Source of the DNA: TPA_inf: Saccharomyces
Taxonomy: Eukaryota
Direction: 5' to 3'
Assembly (NCBI GenBank): GCA_000146045.2
Contig: BK006934.2
Location: forward strand, 480,001 to 544,000
Length of the DNA stretch: 64,000 nt
The position numbers and the translations under genes were made by a program. Positions 1 through 11,712 of the stretch are shown piece after piece. The notes beneath the pieces were generated by a model. That model had not been told where the DNA came from. It did not search any database and was given only the letters and a program-made list of their open reading frames with translations. Within the stretch, counting starts at the first letter, position 1, and each line of letters starts with the position of its first letter.

Positions 1-672
1 ACTGTTGCAATCATAGACAAATATACATGGCGCACCTAACCAAGTTTGCAGGTCATACAAAGATACCGGAATATATTGTGTATAACCTCTGTTGAAAACC
101 CAAATTTCACCTGATTTTGTAGGCTTAGGCACACCATGTCCGTTGTAGTGGAAAAGTATCCTATCTTCCTTAGAAGTTCTTCTTAGCGAGTTGCAAAACC
201 GTTTGACATCCTCTACACAAGGATCCAAGCTTTGTTTATAGCGTGTTCTCAAAGACAGAGTTTCGTACTGTGCTTGTAAGTTTTTACCAATTTGTTCTAT
301 TGCTTTCTTCGAGTCCTGGAAATTCAATGGGTCTACCCATGCTTCAACTCTGGCACAGGGATGTGTCTTCATAACATCAGGGGGATCGACACCTAAATTC
401 AAGCATAATAAAAGGGCCGCACTTACTGTCTTCTGTCGATCTTTCATAATCTTCCAATCGGTAATCGGCTGGTAATAACGATTTACATCTCGTTGTTTAT
501 CCTCTTCAGGAATCGGATTTCCATTAGTTTTGTGTCGTTTATCATCAAAGTAGAATATGAAATCATTCGCGAGTGATTGTAAAAGTTGGTCACTTTGGTA
601 TTGCTCTTCAAACCCATGTCTCATCACCGTATTGAGTGGCTTTAATGGCTGAGGTCCATAAATCTCCGGCAT
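1..672 (-). CDS. KOG1: TORC1 subunit Kog1 (Raptor), N-terminal 224 codons only; the gene continues beyond the window start
   Basis: Reverse-complement translation from the ATG at 672 reads MPEIYGPQPLKPLNTVMRHGFEEQYQSDQLLQSLANDFIFYFDD..., which I recognise as the Kog1 N-terminus. The frame stays open to position 1. It is absent from the ORF track because it is truncated by the window edge. Confidence 0.85.
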   Translation of the reverse strand, partial: MPEIYGPQPLKPLNTVMRHGFEEQYQSDQLLQSLANDFIFYFDDKRHKTNGNPIPEEDKQRDVNRYYQPITDWKIMKDRQKTVSAALLLCLNLGVDPPDVMKTHPCARVEAWVDPLNFQDSKKAIEQIGKNLQAQYETLSLRTRYKQSLDPCVEDVKRFCNSLRRTSKEDRILFHYNGHGVPKPTKSGEIWVFNRGYTQYIPVSLYDLQTWLGAPCIFVYDCNS

Positions 673-989
673 TATGTATCTTTTACCCTTCTCTGCATGC
701 AATAGGATTCGCTAAATGTAATCAAAGGAATCTACAAACCAAATGCATTCGAAAATAACTTTACAAGTTTTAAAATCCTCTATATACTTATGTAAAGTAC
801 TACCTATTGATGATTTATTAAAGTATTTTTGATACTATTAATGCTGCCTTGATTATCATCTCATAGTGCGGGTCACCTTGAAAAATCCAAATATAAGAAG
901 CGATGCCATTATAACCTCTGGAGAATGATAACTTAAGAGCTTTTTAATAGCTCCAACCCAAGCTATTGCTACAGGTAGAACAAGATATA

Positions 990-1919
990 ATGGCCAGTTC
1001 GTCACATAACCCTGTCATTCTTTTGAAAAGAATCTTATCGCTCACAGAAAGCTCCCCTTTCATTTTGTGCTTAGATTCTATTGCCCAGACCTCATACAAG
1101 CTCATCCAAGAATTCGTCCACCAGAGCAAGAGTAAAGGAAATGAGTATCCAATTGTGTACATTTCGTTCGAAACAGTGAATAAACCATCGTACTGTACTC
1201 AATTTATTGACGCTACGCAGATGGATTTTGTACATTTAGTGAAACAAATTATATCATATCTACCGGCTGCTACTGCCACACAGGCAAAAAAGCACATGGT
1301 CATTATCGATTCATTGAACTATATTTCTACAGAATACATAACAAGGTTTTTGTCTGAGATCGCCTCTCCTCACTGCACGATGGTTGCGACTTATCATAAA
1401 GACATCAAAGATGAGAACCGTACGGTAATACCTGATTGGAATAACAATTATCCTGATAAGTTGACTTTACTGCAGTTTATGGCCACTACAATAGTAGATA
1501 TTGATGTGGTATTAACAGGCACTCTCGATACTGAGGAGGTGAGTGAATTGTTAAACGAATTTAGAATTCCTCGCGGGTTAAATAACGATATATTTCAATT
1601 ACGACTTGTTAATAAAAGAAAGTCCGGCAGGTCATTGGAATACGACTTCATAGTAAATTCAAACACCCACGAATATGAATTATTATCAACCACTAAGCAA
1701 GAAGAGGAGAGCAGTAGTAACGGACTGGAGACACCCGAAATGTTGCAAGGATTAACAACATTCAACCTAGGAACATCCAACAAACAGAAGCTGGCCAAAG
1801 ATCAAGTCGCATTGCCTTTTCTGGAGGCACAAAGCTTTGGACAAGGGGGTGCTATTGTTTATGAGTACGAAAAGGATGACGATTATGATGAAGAGGATCC
1901 ATATGAGGATCCCTTTTAA
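990..1919 (+). CDS. IKI1: Elongator subunit Iki1/Elp5, 309 aa
   Basis: The track ORF 966..1919 starts with TTG. The first ATG, at 990, gives MASSSHNPVILLKRILSL..., matching Iki1 in length and sequence. Synteny fits, with IKI1 between KOG1 and GPI16. Confidence 0.9.
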   Translation: MASSSHNPVILLKRILSLTESSPFILCLDSIAQTSYKLIQEFVHQSKSKGNEYPIVYISFETVNKPSYCTQFIDATQMDFVHLVKQIISYLPAATATQAKKHMVIIDSLNYISTEYITRFLSEIASPHCTMVATYHKDIKDENRTVIPDWNNNYPDKLTLLQFMATTIVDIDVVLTGTLDTEEVSELLNEFRIPRGLNNDIFQLRLVNKRKSGRSLEYDFIVNSNTHEYELLSTTKQEEESSSNGLETPEMLQGLTTFNLGTSNKQKLAKDQVALPFLEAQSFGQGGAIVYEYEKDDDYDEEDPYEDPF

Positions 1920-2004
1920 AAAGTAGAAACTGATGGTAAATAGTGAGTGCTTCCAGATTATGTAAACTACGTATACTTCATACACATATCTAGATGCTAG
2001 ATTG

Positions 2005-3837
2005 TTAGTCTGTTTTAGTCTTTTTTTTCCCTAGGAACTTTTCCTTTAGCTTTAGCAATTTGTATTTTAAGCCAGATTGCAACGTAATCTTATCGGCCTC
2101 TTCGACGGTGACCATTCTCTTCACCATCAAATTGTATAGCATACCGAATATGAGTCCCATGATTGTAGATGTTAGAATGATGACGTTATACGGCATACTA
2201 AAATCCGGTGTAGACAGGGATAACAATAGGGTAGAGGTTCTCATTTCATAAAGAGACGATGAGGACTCCAAAGATAGCACGGTGATTACAGCTGCATCGA
2301 TTTCAAAACCATGGTTTGCATCTGGTGGATACTCGGCAAATTGCAGAAGAGCTTTATCGAATTGATAAGTCATTACAATGTCCGTATTAGCTGGAATTAA
2401 CATCGTGAACTCCAAGTGGCCAGGTCTTTTTCTATCGGCCGCTTGTAAATAGTATTTATCTAAGATGATATCGTTTTCTTGCAATTGCGGAGAGGTAGTA
2501 GAAGTAATTTGAAGAGAGGATAGGTAAACTCTCATGAACCATGGCAATGATTCGAAATAAATCAACTTCACAGGGGTATCATTGTCGTTATGGAAAACAA
2601 TACGCATTCCACCACGATCTTGTCCATTACCAGTCAGAGATCTGCTTACGTGAATTGGGACAGGAACTATGGGAGTAACTTTAGTAGTGTCCGTCGATTC
2701 TAAAATAAAGTCGTAGCCCGAACCACCCTCATTTTGATCGTTTGATAAGTCAAAGCAATTATCATGTGTGCTGAAAATAGTATCGTCAACTGACAAAAAC
2801 GCAGTCCAGGTAGAACGGTCAACTTCTGCACAAATTCTTGTGGGCCTATTAGCAAACAGGTTGCCATTGTTTATTGGTCTGGCAAACAGCTGAGACAGCT
2901 TGAAGTGAGTCTGCGAAGGTTCCGGTAGAGGGAAGCATTGGTAAGAATCAAAGGGTTTATCCGTGTCACAACGCAATGTGTTCCCATCCAAAGGTTTGGG
3001 GATAGGTCTCTCACCTCTTGCCAAGGCGGAGGGAACGTGTGTTACCATTTCTATGCGTGCGTCCATCTCGTAGTGACAAAGAGCATCTTCATCTTCAGAA
3101 CAAATAGTGGCAATATCCAAGGAAATACTATTCCATAGAGAGTCGAACAATTTATGACCATCCAAGAGAGATGTCAAACCGGATTTGCCCCTAGTAGGCA
3201 ATAGTTTTATGAACGGCGTCAAGTTCTCGGTACAGATGGGTTCATTGGGCAACGATGCTCGCATCAGGTACAGTTTCTCGGTGCTATTGAAAAGAGGAGC
3301 TCCTATATCAGAAGCATATGACCGCCGGGGAAAGGTCGTCCTTGACTCGTCGATAAAATTTAAAGAAGAACAAAACAATCCGCTCAATGAATTGGACAGT
3401 TTTTTCCAATTATGGAACGCCTGTTCCTGATCCATGGCCTGCACTTGCGACCACAATTCCACACCTGAGGCACCTGCCTCTTTTCCAGCATGTGGCAACT
3501 GTCCCCACGACAGGGCATCCCAGAATCCTCTGGTAAATCTTAAATGAAACTGACGCGTGGCAGTAGATTCCAACAATGGTGGGATGGCCCGTGGGAAAGT
3601 CGTGTAGTGCTCATACGCATCATATGACATGGATGATACGGCCGGGTCAAACGGTTCCGATTGCAGTTGGAATGCAAATGAGAGTAGCAGATCATTGTTG
3701 GGCAGCGGCTTCAACACCAGTGCTTCGTCGTACGGATACCATAAACTGTCATTTATACCAATCTGCGACACCGTGTCTTCTGCGAACACACCCAGTAGTA
3801 GAGTGCCCAGCATGAAATAGGCCAGTGTGAGGATCAT
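2005..3837 (-). CDS. GPI16: GPI transamidase subunit Gpi16, 610 aa
   Basis: 610-aa ORF with an ATG start at 3837 and an N-terminal signal peptide MILTLAYFMLGTLLLGVFA. Synteny supports the call. Confidence 0.9.
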   Translation of the reverse strand: MILTLAYFMLGTLLLGVFAEDTVSQIGINDSLWYPYDEALVLKPLPNNDLLLSFAFQLQSEPFDPAVSSMSYDAYEHYTTFPRAIPPLLESTATRQFHLRFTRGFWDALSWGQLPHAGKEAGASGVELWSQVQAMDQEQAFHNWKKLSNSLSGLFCSSLNFIDESRTTFPRRSYASDIGAPLFNSTEKLYLMRASLPNEPICTENLTPFIKLLPTRGKSGLTSLLDGHKLFDSLWNSISLDIATICSEDEDALCHYEMDARIEMVTHVPSALARGERPIPKPLDGNTLRCDTDKPFDSYQCFPLPEPSQTHFKLSQLFARPINNGNLFANRPTRICAEVDRSTWTAFLSVDDTIFSTHDNCFDLSNDQNEGGSGYDFILESTDTTKVTPIVPVPIHVSRSLTGNGQDRGGMRIVFHNDNDTPVKLIYFESLPWFMRVYLSSLQITSTTSPQLQENDIILDKYYLQAADRKRPGHLEFTMLIPANTDIVMTYQFDKALLQFAEYPPDANHGFEIDAAVITVLSLESSSSLYEMRTSTLLLSLSTPDFSMPYNVIILTSTIMGLIFGMLYNLMVKRMVTVEEADKITLQSGLKYKLLKLKEKFLGKKKTKTD

Positions 3838-4027
3838 CGTCGTCTTGCCTATGCTTTGTTTGCTTTGAACACTTGTTTCCGCTCTCCTTTTACTTATTGG
3901 CTACTAAAACTACGTGTAAAAGATCGCCCAGCGCAAAAAGGTCCGGCGGTTTCAAATAATCTCGAACTATTCCTATAATATGCAAAATAGTAGGTAGGAA
4001 CAAGTCGACTCTAGGCAGATAAGGAAG

Positions 4028-4600
4028 ATGTCCGGTAAATGGAGACTAGTGCTGACCGGGATAGGCAATCCAGAGCCTCAGTACGCTGGTACCCGTCACA
4101 ATGTAGGGCTATATATGCTGGAGCTGCTACGAAAGCGGCTTGGTCTGCAGGGGAGAACTTATTCCCCTGTGCCTAATACGGGCGGCAAAGTGCATTATAT
4201 AGAAGACGAACATTGTACGATACTAAGATCGGATGGCCAGTACATGAATCTAAGTGGAGAACAGGTGTGCAAGGTCTGGGCCCGGTACGCCAAGTACCAA
4301 GCCCGACACGTAGTTATTCATGACGAGTTAAGTGTGGCGTGTGGAAAAGTGCAGCTCAGAGCCCCCAGCACCAGTATTAGAGGTCATAATGGGCTGCGAA
4401 GCCTGCTAAAATGCAGTGGAGGCCGTGTACCCTTTGCCAAATTGGCTATTGGAATCGGCAGAGAACCTGGGTCCCGTTCTAGAGACCCTGCGAGCGTGTC
4501 CCGGTGGGTTCTGGGAGCTCTAACTCCGCAGGAACTACAAACCTTGCTTACACAGAGTGAACCTGCTGCCTGGCGTGCTCTGACTCAGTACATTTCATAG
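4028..4600 (+). CDS. PTH1: Mitochondrial peptidyl-tRNA hydrolase, 190 aa
   Basis: 190-aa ORF with an ATG at 4028. It has peptidyl-tRNA hydrolase family motifs (GLGNPEPQY...HNG). Synteny supports the call. Confidence 0.9.
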   Translation: MSGKWRLVLTGIGNPEPQYAGTRHNVGLYMLELLRKRLGLQGRTYSPVPNTGGKVHYIEDEHCTILRSDGQYMNLSGEQVCKVWARYAKYQARHVVIHDELSVACGKVQLRAPSTSIRGHNGLRSLLKCSGGRVPFAKLAIGIGREPGSRSRDPASVSRWVLGALTPQELQTLLTQSEPAAWRALTQYIS

Positions 4601-4844
4601 CCCATCTTCAACAACAATACCGACTTACCATCCTATTTGCTTTGCCCTTTTTCTTTTCCACTGCACTTTGCATCGGAAGGCGTTATCGGTTTTGGGTTTA
4701 GTGCCTAAACGAGCAGCGAGAACACGACCACGGGCTATATAAATGGAAAGTTAGGACAGGGGCAAAGAATAAGAGCACAGAAGAAGAGAAAAGACGAAGA
4801 GCAGAAGCGGAAAACGTATACACGTCACATATCACACACACACA

Positions 4845-6179
4845 ATGGGAAAGCTATTACAATTGGCATTGCATCCGGTCGAGATGAAGGCAGCTTTGAA
4901 GCTGAAGTTTTGCAGAACACCGCTATTCTCCATCTATGATCAGTCCACGTCTCCATATCTCTTGCACTGTTTCGAACTGTTGAACTTGACCTCCAGATCG
5001 TTTGCTGCTGTGATCAGAGAGCTGCATCCAGAATTGAGAAACTGTGTTACTCTCTTTTATTTGATTTTAAGGGCTTTGGATACCATCGAAGACGATATGT
5101 CCATCGAACACGATTTGAAAATTGACTTGTTGCGTCACTTCCACGAGAAATTGTTGTTAACTAAATGGAGTTTCGACGGAAATGCCCCCGATGTGAAGGA
5201 CAGAGCCGTTTTGACAGATTTCGAATCGATTCTTATTGAATTCCACAAATTGAAACCAGAATATCAAGAAGTCATCAAGGAGATCACCGAGAAAATGGGT
5301 AATGGTATGGCCGACTACATCTTAGATGAAAATTACAACTTGAATGGGTTGCAAACCGTCCACGACTACGACGTGTACTGTCACTACGTAGCTGGTTTGG
5401 TCGGTGATGGTTTGACCCGTTTGATTGTCATTGCCAAGTTTGCCAACGAATCTTTGTATTCTAATGAGCAATTGTATGAAAGCATGGGTCTTTTCCTACA
5501 AAAAACCAACATCATCAGAGATTACAATGAAGATTTGGTCGATGGTAGATCCTTCTGGCCCAAGGAAATCTGGTCACAATACGCTCCTCAGTTGAAGGAC
5601 TTCATGAAACCTGAAAACGAACAACTGGGGTTGGACTGTATAAACCACCTCGTCTTAAACGCATTGAGTCATGTTATCGATGTGTTGACTTATTTGGCCG
5701 GTATCCACGAGCAATCCACTTTCCAATTTTGTGCCATTCCCCAAGTTATGGCCATTGCAACCTTGGCTTTGGTATTCAACAACCGTGAAGTGCTACATGG
5801 CAATGTAAAGATTCGTAAGGGTACTACCTGCTATTTAATTTTGAAATCAAGGACTTTGCGTGGCTGTGTCGAGATTTTTGACTATTACTTACGTGATATC
5901 AAATCTAAATTGGCTGTGCAAGATCCAAATTTCTTAAAATTGAACATTCAAATCTCCAAGATCGAACAGTTTATGGAAGAAATGTACCAGGATAAATTAC
6001 CTCCTAACGTGAAGCCAAATGAAACTCCAATTTTCTTGAAAGTTAAAGAAAGATCCAGATACGATGATGAATTGGTTCCAACCCAACAAGAAGAAGAGTA
6101 CAAGTTCAATATGGTTTTATCTATCATCTTGTCCGTTCTTCTTGGGTTTTATTATATATACACTTTACACAGAGCGTGA
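4845..6179 (+). CDS. ERG9: Squalene synthase (farnesyl-diphosphate farnesyltransferase), 444 aa
   Basis: [22 protein letters not shown]... together with the C-terminal TM anchor is recognisable as Erg9. The ATG start at 4845 was checked. Confidence 0.95.
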   Translation: MGKLLQLALHPVEMKAALKLKFCRTPLFSIYDQSTSPYLLHCFELLNLTSRSFAAVIRELHPELRNCVTLFYLILRALDTIEDDMSIEHDLKIDLLRHFHEKLLLTKWSFDGNAPDVKDRAVLTDFESILIEFHKLKPEYQEVIKEITEKMGNGMADYILDENYNLNGLQTVHDYDVYCHYVAGLVGDGLTRLIVIAKFANESLYSNEQLYESMGLFLQKTNIIRDYNEDLVDGRSFWPKEIWSQYAPQLKDFMKPENEQLGLDCINHLVLNALSHVIDVLTYLAGIHEQSTFQFCAIPQVMAIATLALVFNNREVLHGNVKIRKGTTCYLILKSRTLRGCVEIFDYYLRDIKSKLAVQDPNFLKLNIQISKIEQFMEEMYQDKLPPNVKPNETPIFLKVKERSRYDDELVPTQQEEEYKFNMVLSIILSVLLGFYYIYTLHRA

Positions 6180-6229
6180 AGTCTGCGCCAAATAACATAA
6201 ACAAACAACTCCGAACAATAACTAAGTAC

Positions 6230-6631
6230 TTACATAATAGGTAGAGGCCTATCCTTAAAGATAACCTTATATTTCATTACATCAACTAATTCGACCTTAT
6301 TATCTTTCGAATTGAAATGCATTATACCCATCGGTACGTCTAGCTTTGTCACCTTCCCCAGTAAACGCTGTTTCTTGCCGACAAACAATGTGGCCCTCTC
6401 TCCGTCAATCTGTAACGACCCAAATCGTATTAAAGTTTCGCCGTCCTGTTCACTGAACCTTCCCTCATTTGGAGAATCTCTCCTCGCCAGCGACGCAAAG
6501 TCCTTAGGCAACTCTAGTTCACCTTGAATCTCCAGCATCATCATCCCAAGCGGTGTTATCACCGTGGTCTGCTTTTCTCTTGACTGTGTCAACTTCTGCC
6601 ATTGACTAGCATCTATATCTACACTAGGCAT
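6230..6631 (-). CDS. CTF8: Ctf8, subunit of the Ctf18 RFC-like complex, 133 aa
   Basis: The track ORF 6230..6745 is a 171-aa artefact of a non-ATG start. The internal ATG at 6631 gives MPSVDIDASQWQKLTQSREKQ..., 133 aa, matching Ctf8. Confidence 0.85.
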   Translation of the reverse strand: MPSVDIDASQWQKLTQSREKQTTVITPLGMMMLEIQGELELPKDFASLARRDSPNEGRFSEQDGETLIRFGSLQIDGERATLFVGKKQRLLGKVTKLDVPMGIMHFNSKDNKVELVDVMKYKVIFKDRPLPIM

Positions 6632-6825
6632 TCTTTTCAGCTGTTTATTGGGCTGAATGATAGTGATAATTCTTTTTTCTATCACTCCTTTGGCTATATT
6701 AGTGGTTAGCTTACTAAAAAAGATTAAAGGAAAAATGAAATTCAAGATGCTAACGTTGACATGTATATTTTAAGAAAACAAAAATCATACAAAGAGGAGA
6801 TCGGATATAAAAGAATAACATAAAT

Positions 6826-7662
6826 ATGTTTAGTGCATTAGGTAAATGGGTCCGAGGCTCTCGCAATGATAAGGACTTTGTGACGAAGTATACCGCAGAT
6901 TTATCACAAATAACTTCACAGATCCATCAATTAGATGTCGCGTTAAAGAAAAGCCAATCCATCTTGAGTCAATGGCAATCAAATCTGACCTTTTATGGTA
7001 TTGCGTTAACGGTATTGGCCCTGAGCTACACATATTGGGAGTACCATGGTTATCGACCATACCTTGTGGTGACTGCGCTACTATGCATAGGCTCGCTAAT
7101 CTTGTTCAAATGGGCATTAACCAAACTCTATGCATTTTATAACAACAATAGGTTACGCAAGTTGGCAAAACTCCGTGCAATTCATCAAAAGAAACTGGAA
7201 AAGTTAAAGGAAGAGACCCACTATAATGCTACAAGCTCAATCATCCAACGGTTTTCTTCCGGTGAAGATCAAAACGACGATGCCATGGTACTTCTAGATG
7301 ATGAATTAAATGCTAAATACCAAGAATTAAACAATCTAAAGACAGAGCTAGAAAAATTTAAGAAGGAAAGCCATGTAAAGGGCCTAAAGAAGGAAGACAG
7401 CGATGCATGGTTCGACAAAATCATCAGCGTACTGGCAGGCGGTAATGAATTGGACTCAACAAGTTCGCTCTCTCCCTTCAAAAAAATCATATGTCCACAG
7501 TGTCATTGGAAATCCAATTGCTACAGATTGGCCAGTAAGCCAATCATCTTTATCTGTCCTCACTGTAACCACAAAATAGACGAAGTAAAGGAAAGAGAAG
7601 ACGCCATTGAAGCAAAACAACCGGCACAGCCTTCGCAGTCGGAGAAGGAAAAAACAAAATGA
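6826..7662 (+). CDS. LNP1: Lunapark ER-junction protein, 278 aa
   Basis: 278-aa ORF with an N-terminal coiled coil, two TM helices and a C-terminal zinc finger (CPQCHW...CPHCNH), as in Lnp1. Confidence 0.9.
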   Translation: MFSALGKWVRGSRNDKDFVTKYTADLSQITSQIHQLDVALKKSQSILSQWQSNLTFYGIALTVLALSYTYWEYHGYRPYLVVTALLCIGSLILFKWALTKLYAFYNNNRLRKLAKLRAIHQKKLEKLKEETHYNATSSIIQRFSSGEDQNDDAMVLLDDELNAKYQELNNLKTELEKFKKESHVKGLKKEDSDAWFDKIISVLAGGNELDSTSSLSPFKKIICPQCHWKSNCYRLASKPIIFICPHCNHKIDEVKEREDAIEAKQPAQPSQSEKEKTK

Positions 7663-7711
7663 TTTTGCGTTAGAATAACTACGTACCCCTATATAATATA
7701 TTTTTATATCA

Positions 7712-8236
7712 TTATTTAGACAAGGACATGATAGCGTTGACTAAGTCACCATTGTGAGCTTTCAGGGCTTTGATGGCTTGGTTTTTGGAAACGTTAGTTT
7801 GTTGAACGACTAACTCGATATCATCCTTATTCAAGTCACCGGCATCAACTTCACCTTCTTCGTCATCTTCTTCTGCTGCGGCGTTGACACTGCCTTCTGC
7901 GGCGGCTTGCATGTCAGCTTGGATGTCTTCTGGGGACTTGGTAGCGACGTCTTCGTTAGATGGCATAATACCGCTAGCTTGAGCTTGTTGTTGAGCAGCG
8001 GCTAGCTTTTGGGTAAAGTTGTCAACCTTAGCTTCACCGAAGACAACGTAGTTACCACCGGCAGATCTGAAGACTTCTGGCTTTTCAATAGCATAGATTT
8101 GGTTGTCCTTCTTCCTGAAAGTGACTCTGATGATACCTGGGATTTGCTTCAAACCCAATTTGCCAATCAATTCTCTGGCTTTCTTTTCGTTCTTGTTTAA
8201 GACGGTAACGTTGGCGTTTTCTGGGATAGCAGACAT
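7712..8236 (-). CDS. EGD2: Nascent-polypeptide-associated complex alpha subunit, 174 aa
   Basis: The track ORF extends two codons upstream (MIM...). The ATG at 8236 gives MSAIPENANVTVLNKNEKKARELIGKLGL... with NAC and UBA domains, 174 aa. Confidence 0.9.
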   Translation of the reverse strand: MSAIPENANVTVLNKNEKKARELIGKLGLKQIPGIIRVTFRKKDNQIYAIEKPEVFRSAGGNYVVFGEAKVDNFTQKLAAAQQQAQASGIMPSNEDVATKSPEDIQADMQAAAEGSVNAAAEEDDEEGEVDAGDLNKDDIELVVQQTNVSKNQAIKALKAHNGDLVNAIMSLSK

Positions 8237-8656
8237 TATCAATTGAGTATGTGGGTGTGTGGTTGCTTGTAAGGGTTGCTCCCAGAAGGAGACTTTACCT
8301 TAGTTCTTGTTTAAAATAATCCTTTTCATTCAACTTTTTGTCATTTTTTTCTTCGGCGATGAAAAATTTTCAAAAAAAAAAACAGACCTAACAAAAGGGC
8401 AAAAGACCTATTATACTATATGACCGAAAAAACTTACGCCCTATTAAATAAAGAAGAAACCTAAAGAAGATAAACTAAAAACCCTTCTAATATTAGGTCA
8501 CAATAATTGAAATTTCACTGCAACTTTCCCTTTTTATCTTAAAGGATATCCACTTGACTATCCTCAGTAAGAGTTGATCGGAAATGTGTCATGACTACGC
8601 ATTATCACGTAGGCATATATATGTAAATTCGGACGGGAAAGCTGGCAGTCTACTAT

Positions 8657-10396
8657 ATGTCCCTTTTTACCAGGCCTTTTCTAAGGAGCCCCCGGCAGTT
8701 TTCTGTAGCAAGGTATGTGTATTGGGCTAGAAGCCCTGCCCTTCGAAGTAACTTGAGAATACCGTCAATAGCAGCGGCATCGCTAAGAGCATATTCTAAT
8801 GAGTCTAAAACTGGAAGGGATGCTCCTCCCGACAAAAAATCAAAAAAGCTATCAAACCTGAAATACATTACTGAAAGGGATTCCCTGCTGGTGCAGACCA
8901 ACAATATTTTTACTAAGCTCAAAATAAACATACGATGGTTCTTGAAAAAGTCCACCCGGCCGTTCAATTCAGACGATATAAGTGCGTTCATCTCATGGAT
9001 CCTCGTGAGCAACATTTTCATATTCATCTTCTGGACAACCACCTTTGTATCTTTGATCCTTTACTTAATCAATACCGTGTTTGCACAAGAATACCTCGCA
9101 AGCAAGATTGGTAAATTTATTACTAAGAATGAGTCGTTGTCAATCGTTTTCGAGAGTGCCATTGTACCAGACTGGTCGTCTGGGAAAATCAGCTTTCAAA
9201 AAGTCTTCGTCTCCAGGAGACCAAAGGTCTCGCGCGGCTTTACCAAGGGTTCACAGCAGGATGCCCTGCAAAGGGCGAAGTTGGCCCTTAGTGAGAGAAT
9301 ATTGGTTAACCAACAGGACTTTGATAATGGCAATTATACACAGTTTGATCTGACCATTGACCAAGTCGACATATCGTTGAATTTCAGAAAGTGGATAAAT
9401 GGGAAGGGTATCCTAGACGAAGTGACCATAAATGGGCTTAGAGGAGTCATAGACAGAACACACGTGGTGTGGAAAAAGGACGACGATCCTAAGAACTATC
9501 TGAACGTCTACCAGCCGGGCGACTTTGAAATATCAAAATTCACCATGAACGATGTCCTTTGTACACTGTACCAGCCAAATGGGTTCAGGCCATTCCAGGT
9601 GAGTATATTTAATTGCGATCTACCGCAATTGAGAAAACATTGGTTGTTCTACGATATCTTGAATGCGAACAATATCAATGGGACCTACGACAATTCAATG
9701 TTCACTATCCACAAGAAGTTCAGAACCGATGATCAGCATCAGGACCCCACGCTGCTATGGAAGCAAATGACAAGGTTTAGGGTAGACAATCTCGACATCG
9801 ATCACCTGAACGCCGGTATCGAAGGACCCTTTGGATGGATCAACGAAGGTCGCGTGAACATGATTGGCGACGTTCTTTTACCAGATGACGATGCCGCGTC
9901 TGACTCGCTGCAACTGACAGAAATCCTCACAGAGATCGGTGACCGCTTAATCAAAAAAGCGAAAAGGTACACTTCATCCCTTCCTCTGGTTGGGCCAGGA
10001 TTCTCCCCGGCCGTTGATGAAATTGACCCGAACGACTACTTTATTATGGACTTTTCTTTAAGACTATACAATGTCAAAGCCGAAGTCCCTCTGTTCACTT
10101 CTGGCTTAACGTATATCAATAGTGCATTGATAAGGCCTATTGTCGGGTACATCAATTCTCACAGGACATACATCCCAATCAAATGCCGCATTGTAAAGAA
10201 AAAGTCTGATTTTGAGGGCTCCTGGACCATATATGATTCATACCTTATGCGGGATCTAAGTGCGGAAGCGTACGATGCCTTCGCCGACTACGTCGCTGAC
10301 GATGAAAAGAGGACATTACGCTTGAGAAGGGTGGGCTTTTGGTCACTGCAACTTATACTCCAGGTGATTTTGATGAGTCTCGGTGCTATCGCGTGA
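8657..10396 (+). CDS. MDM31: Mitochondrial inner-membrane protein Mdm31, 579 aa
   Basis: 579-aa ORF with an ATG at 8657 and an N-terminal presequence (MSLFTRPFLRSPRQFSVARYV). Synteny supports the call. Confidence 0.9.
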   Translation: MSLFTRPFLRSPRQFSVARYVYWARSPALRSNLRIPSIAAASLRAYSNESKTGRDAPPDKKSKKLSNLKYITERDSLLVQTNNIFTKLKINIRWFLKKSTRPFNSDDISAFISWILVSNIFIFIFWTTTFVSLILYLINTVFAQEYLASKIGKFITKNESLSIVFESAIVPDWSSGKISFQKVFVSRRPKVSRGFTKGSQQDALQRAKLALSERILVNQQDFDNGNYTQFDLTIDQVDISLNFRKWINGKGILDEVTINGLRGVIDRTHVVWKKDDDPKNYLNVYQPGDFEISKFTMNDVLCTLYQPNGFRPFQVSIFNCDLPQLRKHWLFYDILNANNINGTYDNSMFTIHKKFRTDDQHQDPTLLWKQMTRFRVDNLDIDHLNAGIEGPFGWINEGRVNMIGDVLLPDDDAASDSLQLTEILTEIGDRLIKKAKRYTSSLPLVGPGFSPAVDEIDPNDYFIMDFSLRLYNVKAEVPLFTSGLTYINSALIRPIVGYINSHRTYIPIKCRIVKKKSDFEGSWTIYDSYLMRDLSAEAYDAFADYVADDEKRTLRLRRVGFWSLQLILQVILMSLGAIA

Positions 10397-10746
10397 GGAA
10401 TACCTACTCCTGTCACTTTCTGTACATATGCATTTACATAGCATCGTTCTTTCTATCAGTTTATCTAATTTGTGACGCATCTTTCTTCTTTCTACACTGC
10501 GGAAAATCCTATTTGAAAAAAAATAGACGAAAAATATCAGGACCCACCCCCTTATGAAGGAGAGAAGGGGAAGAGGAGCTGCAAAACAAAAAGGTGAGGC
10601 TTCTTCTGTCCAGATTTTTGTGAGTGAGAGAGTGTGTGGGAAGAGAAGGAATTAAACCAAACAAAAATTGGAACCAACAACTGTTGCGTTTGCGTGTGTG
10701 CATAATATCAAAAAAGCTACAAATATAATTGTAAAATATAATAAGC

Positions 10747-11712
10747 ATGACTCGTCCCCCATTGGTTCGTGGAATCTTTTCGTTAGGTCTTTCTGTAGCC
10801 GTTTTGAAAGGTGTTGAAAAAACAGTTCGTAAGCATTTGGAAAGACAGGGATGGATAGAGCCCCAGAAAGTGGACTATGAGTTAATTTTCACTATAGATA
10901 GGTTGAAAAACTTGGTAGATAATAAGCGTGAGGCTTTAACTGCGGAACAACCCGACGCTGGTGAACTGAGCTGGCGTAAAGTATTTAATTTCATTTCCAG
11001 ACAATCCAGCGAATTGGACACACGAATATACGTTCTTATACTACTCCTATCCTTTCTACTACCTATCGCGTGGACTGTACTGGACGGTGATCGCGAGACC
11101 ACGCTAGAAGATAAGGATAACGATTGTAATGTAGATCTTATTGAAAACGAAAGGAGGCTGAAGCATTACAACGATGGTGAAAGAGCAGTATTGCAATTTG
11201 GTAAAAATAGATCCGAACCTATTATATTAAGCTATAAGGACATGAACGTTTTGGAAGGGGAACATGAGTTTACCTCCAAAGAGGAACACAGTAACAGCCA
11301 TTTGACAAGCAAGAGCGAAAATGCACTAAACCAAGTAGGGAGTGAAGATTTGTTAGGTTGTCACCTGGAAAAGCAATTGGAAGAAGACAAAAATGAACCG
11401 AATGGAGAAGCAGACGGTGAGGATGATAATAACCGGGAAAAGGATTGCAGCTCCAGTTCAGAAGTTGAGTCGCAGAGTAAATGCCGAAAGGAAAGTACTG
11501 CAGAGCCTGACTCTCTCTCACGGGATACCAGAACAACCTCTTCCCTTAAATCAAGTACATCATTCCCCATATCATTCAAGGGCTCGATAGACCTTAAGTC
11601 GTTAAACCAGCCTTCATCATTGTTGCATATACAAGTATCTCCCACAAAATCTAGTAATCTAGATGCACAAGTGAACACTGAACAAGCATACTCTCAACCA
11701 TTTAGATACTAA
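10747..11712 (+). CDS. NVJ1: Nucleus-vacuole junction protein 1, 321 aa
   Basis: 321-aa ORF with an ATG at 10747 and an N-terminal membrane anchor. Synteny supports the call. Confidence 0.9.
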   Translation: MTRPPLVRGIFSLGLSVAVLKGVEKTVRKHLERQGWIEPQKVDYELIFTIDRLKNLVDNKREALTAEQPDAGELSWRKVFNFISRQSSELDTRIYVLILLLSFLLPIAWTVLDGDRETTLEDKDNDCNVDLIENERRLKHYNDGERAVLQFGKNRSEPIILSYKDMNVLEGEHEFTSKEEHSNSHLTSKSENALNQVGSEDLLGCHLEKQLEEDKNEPNGEADGEDDNNREKDCSSSSEVESQSKCRKESTAEPDSLSRDTRTTSSLKSSTSFPISFKGSIDLKSLNQPSSLLHIQVSPTKSSNLDAQVNTEQAYSQPFRY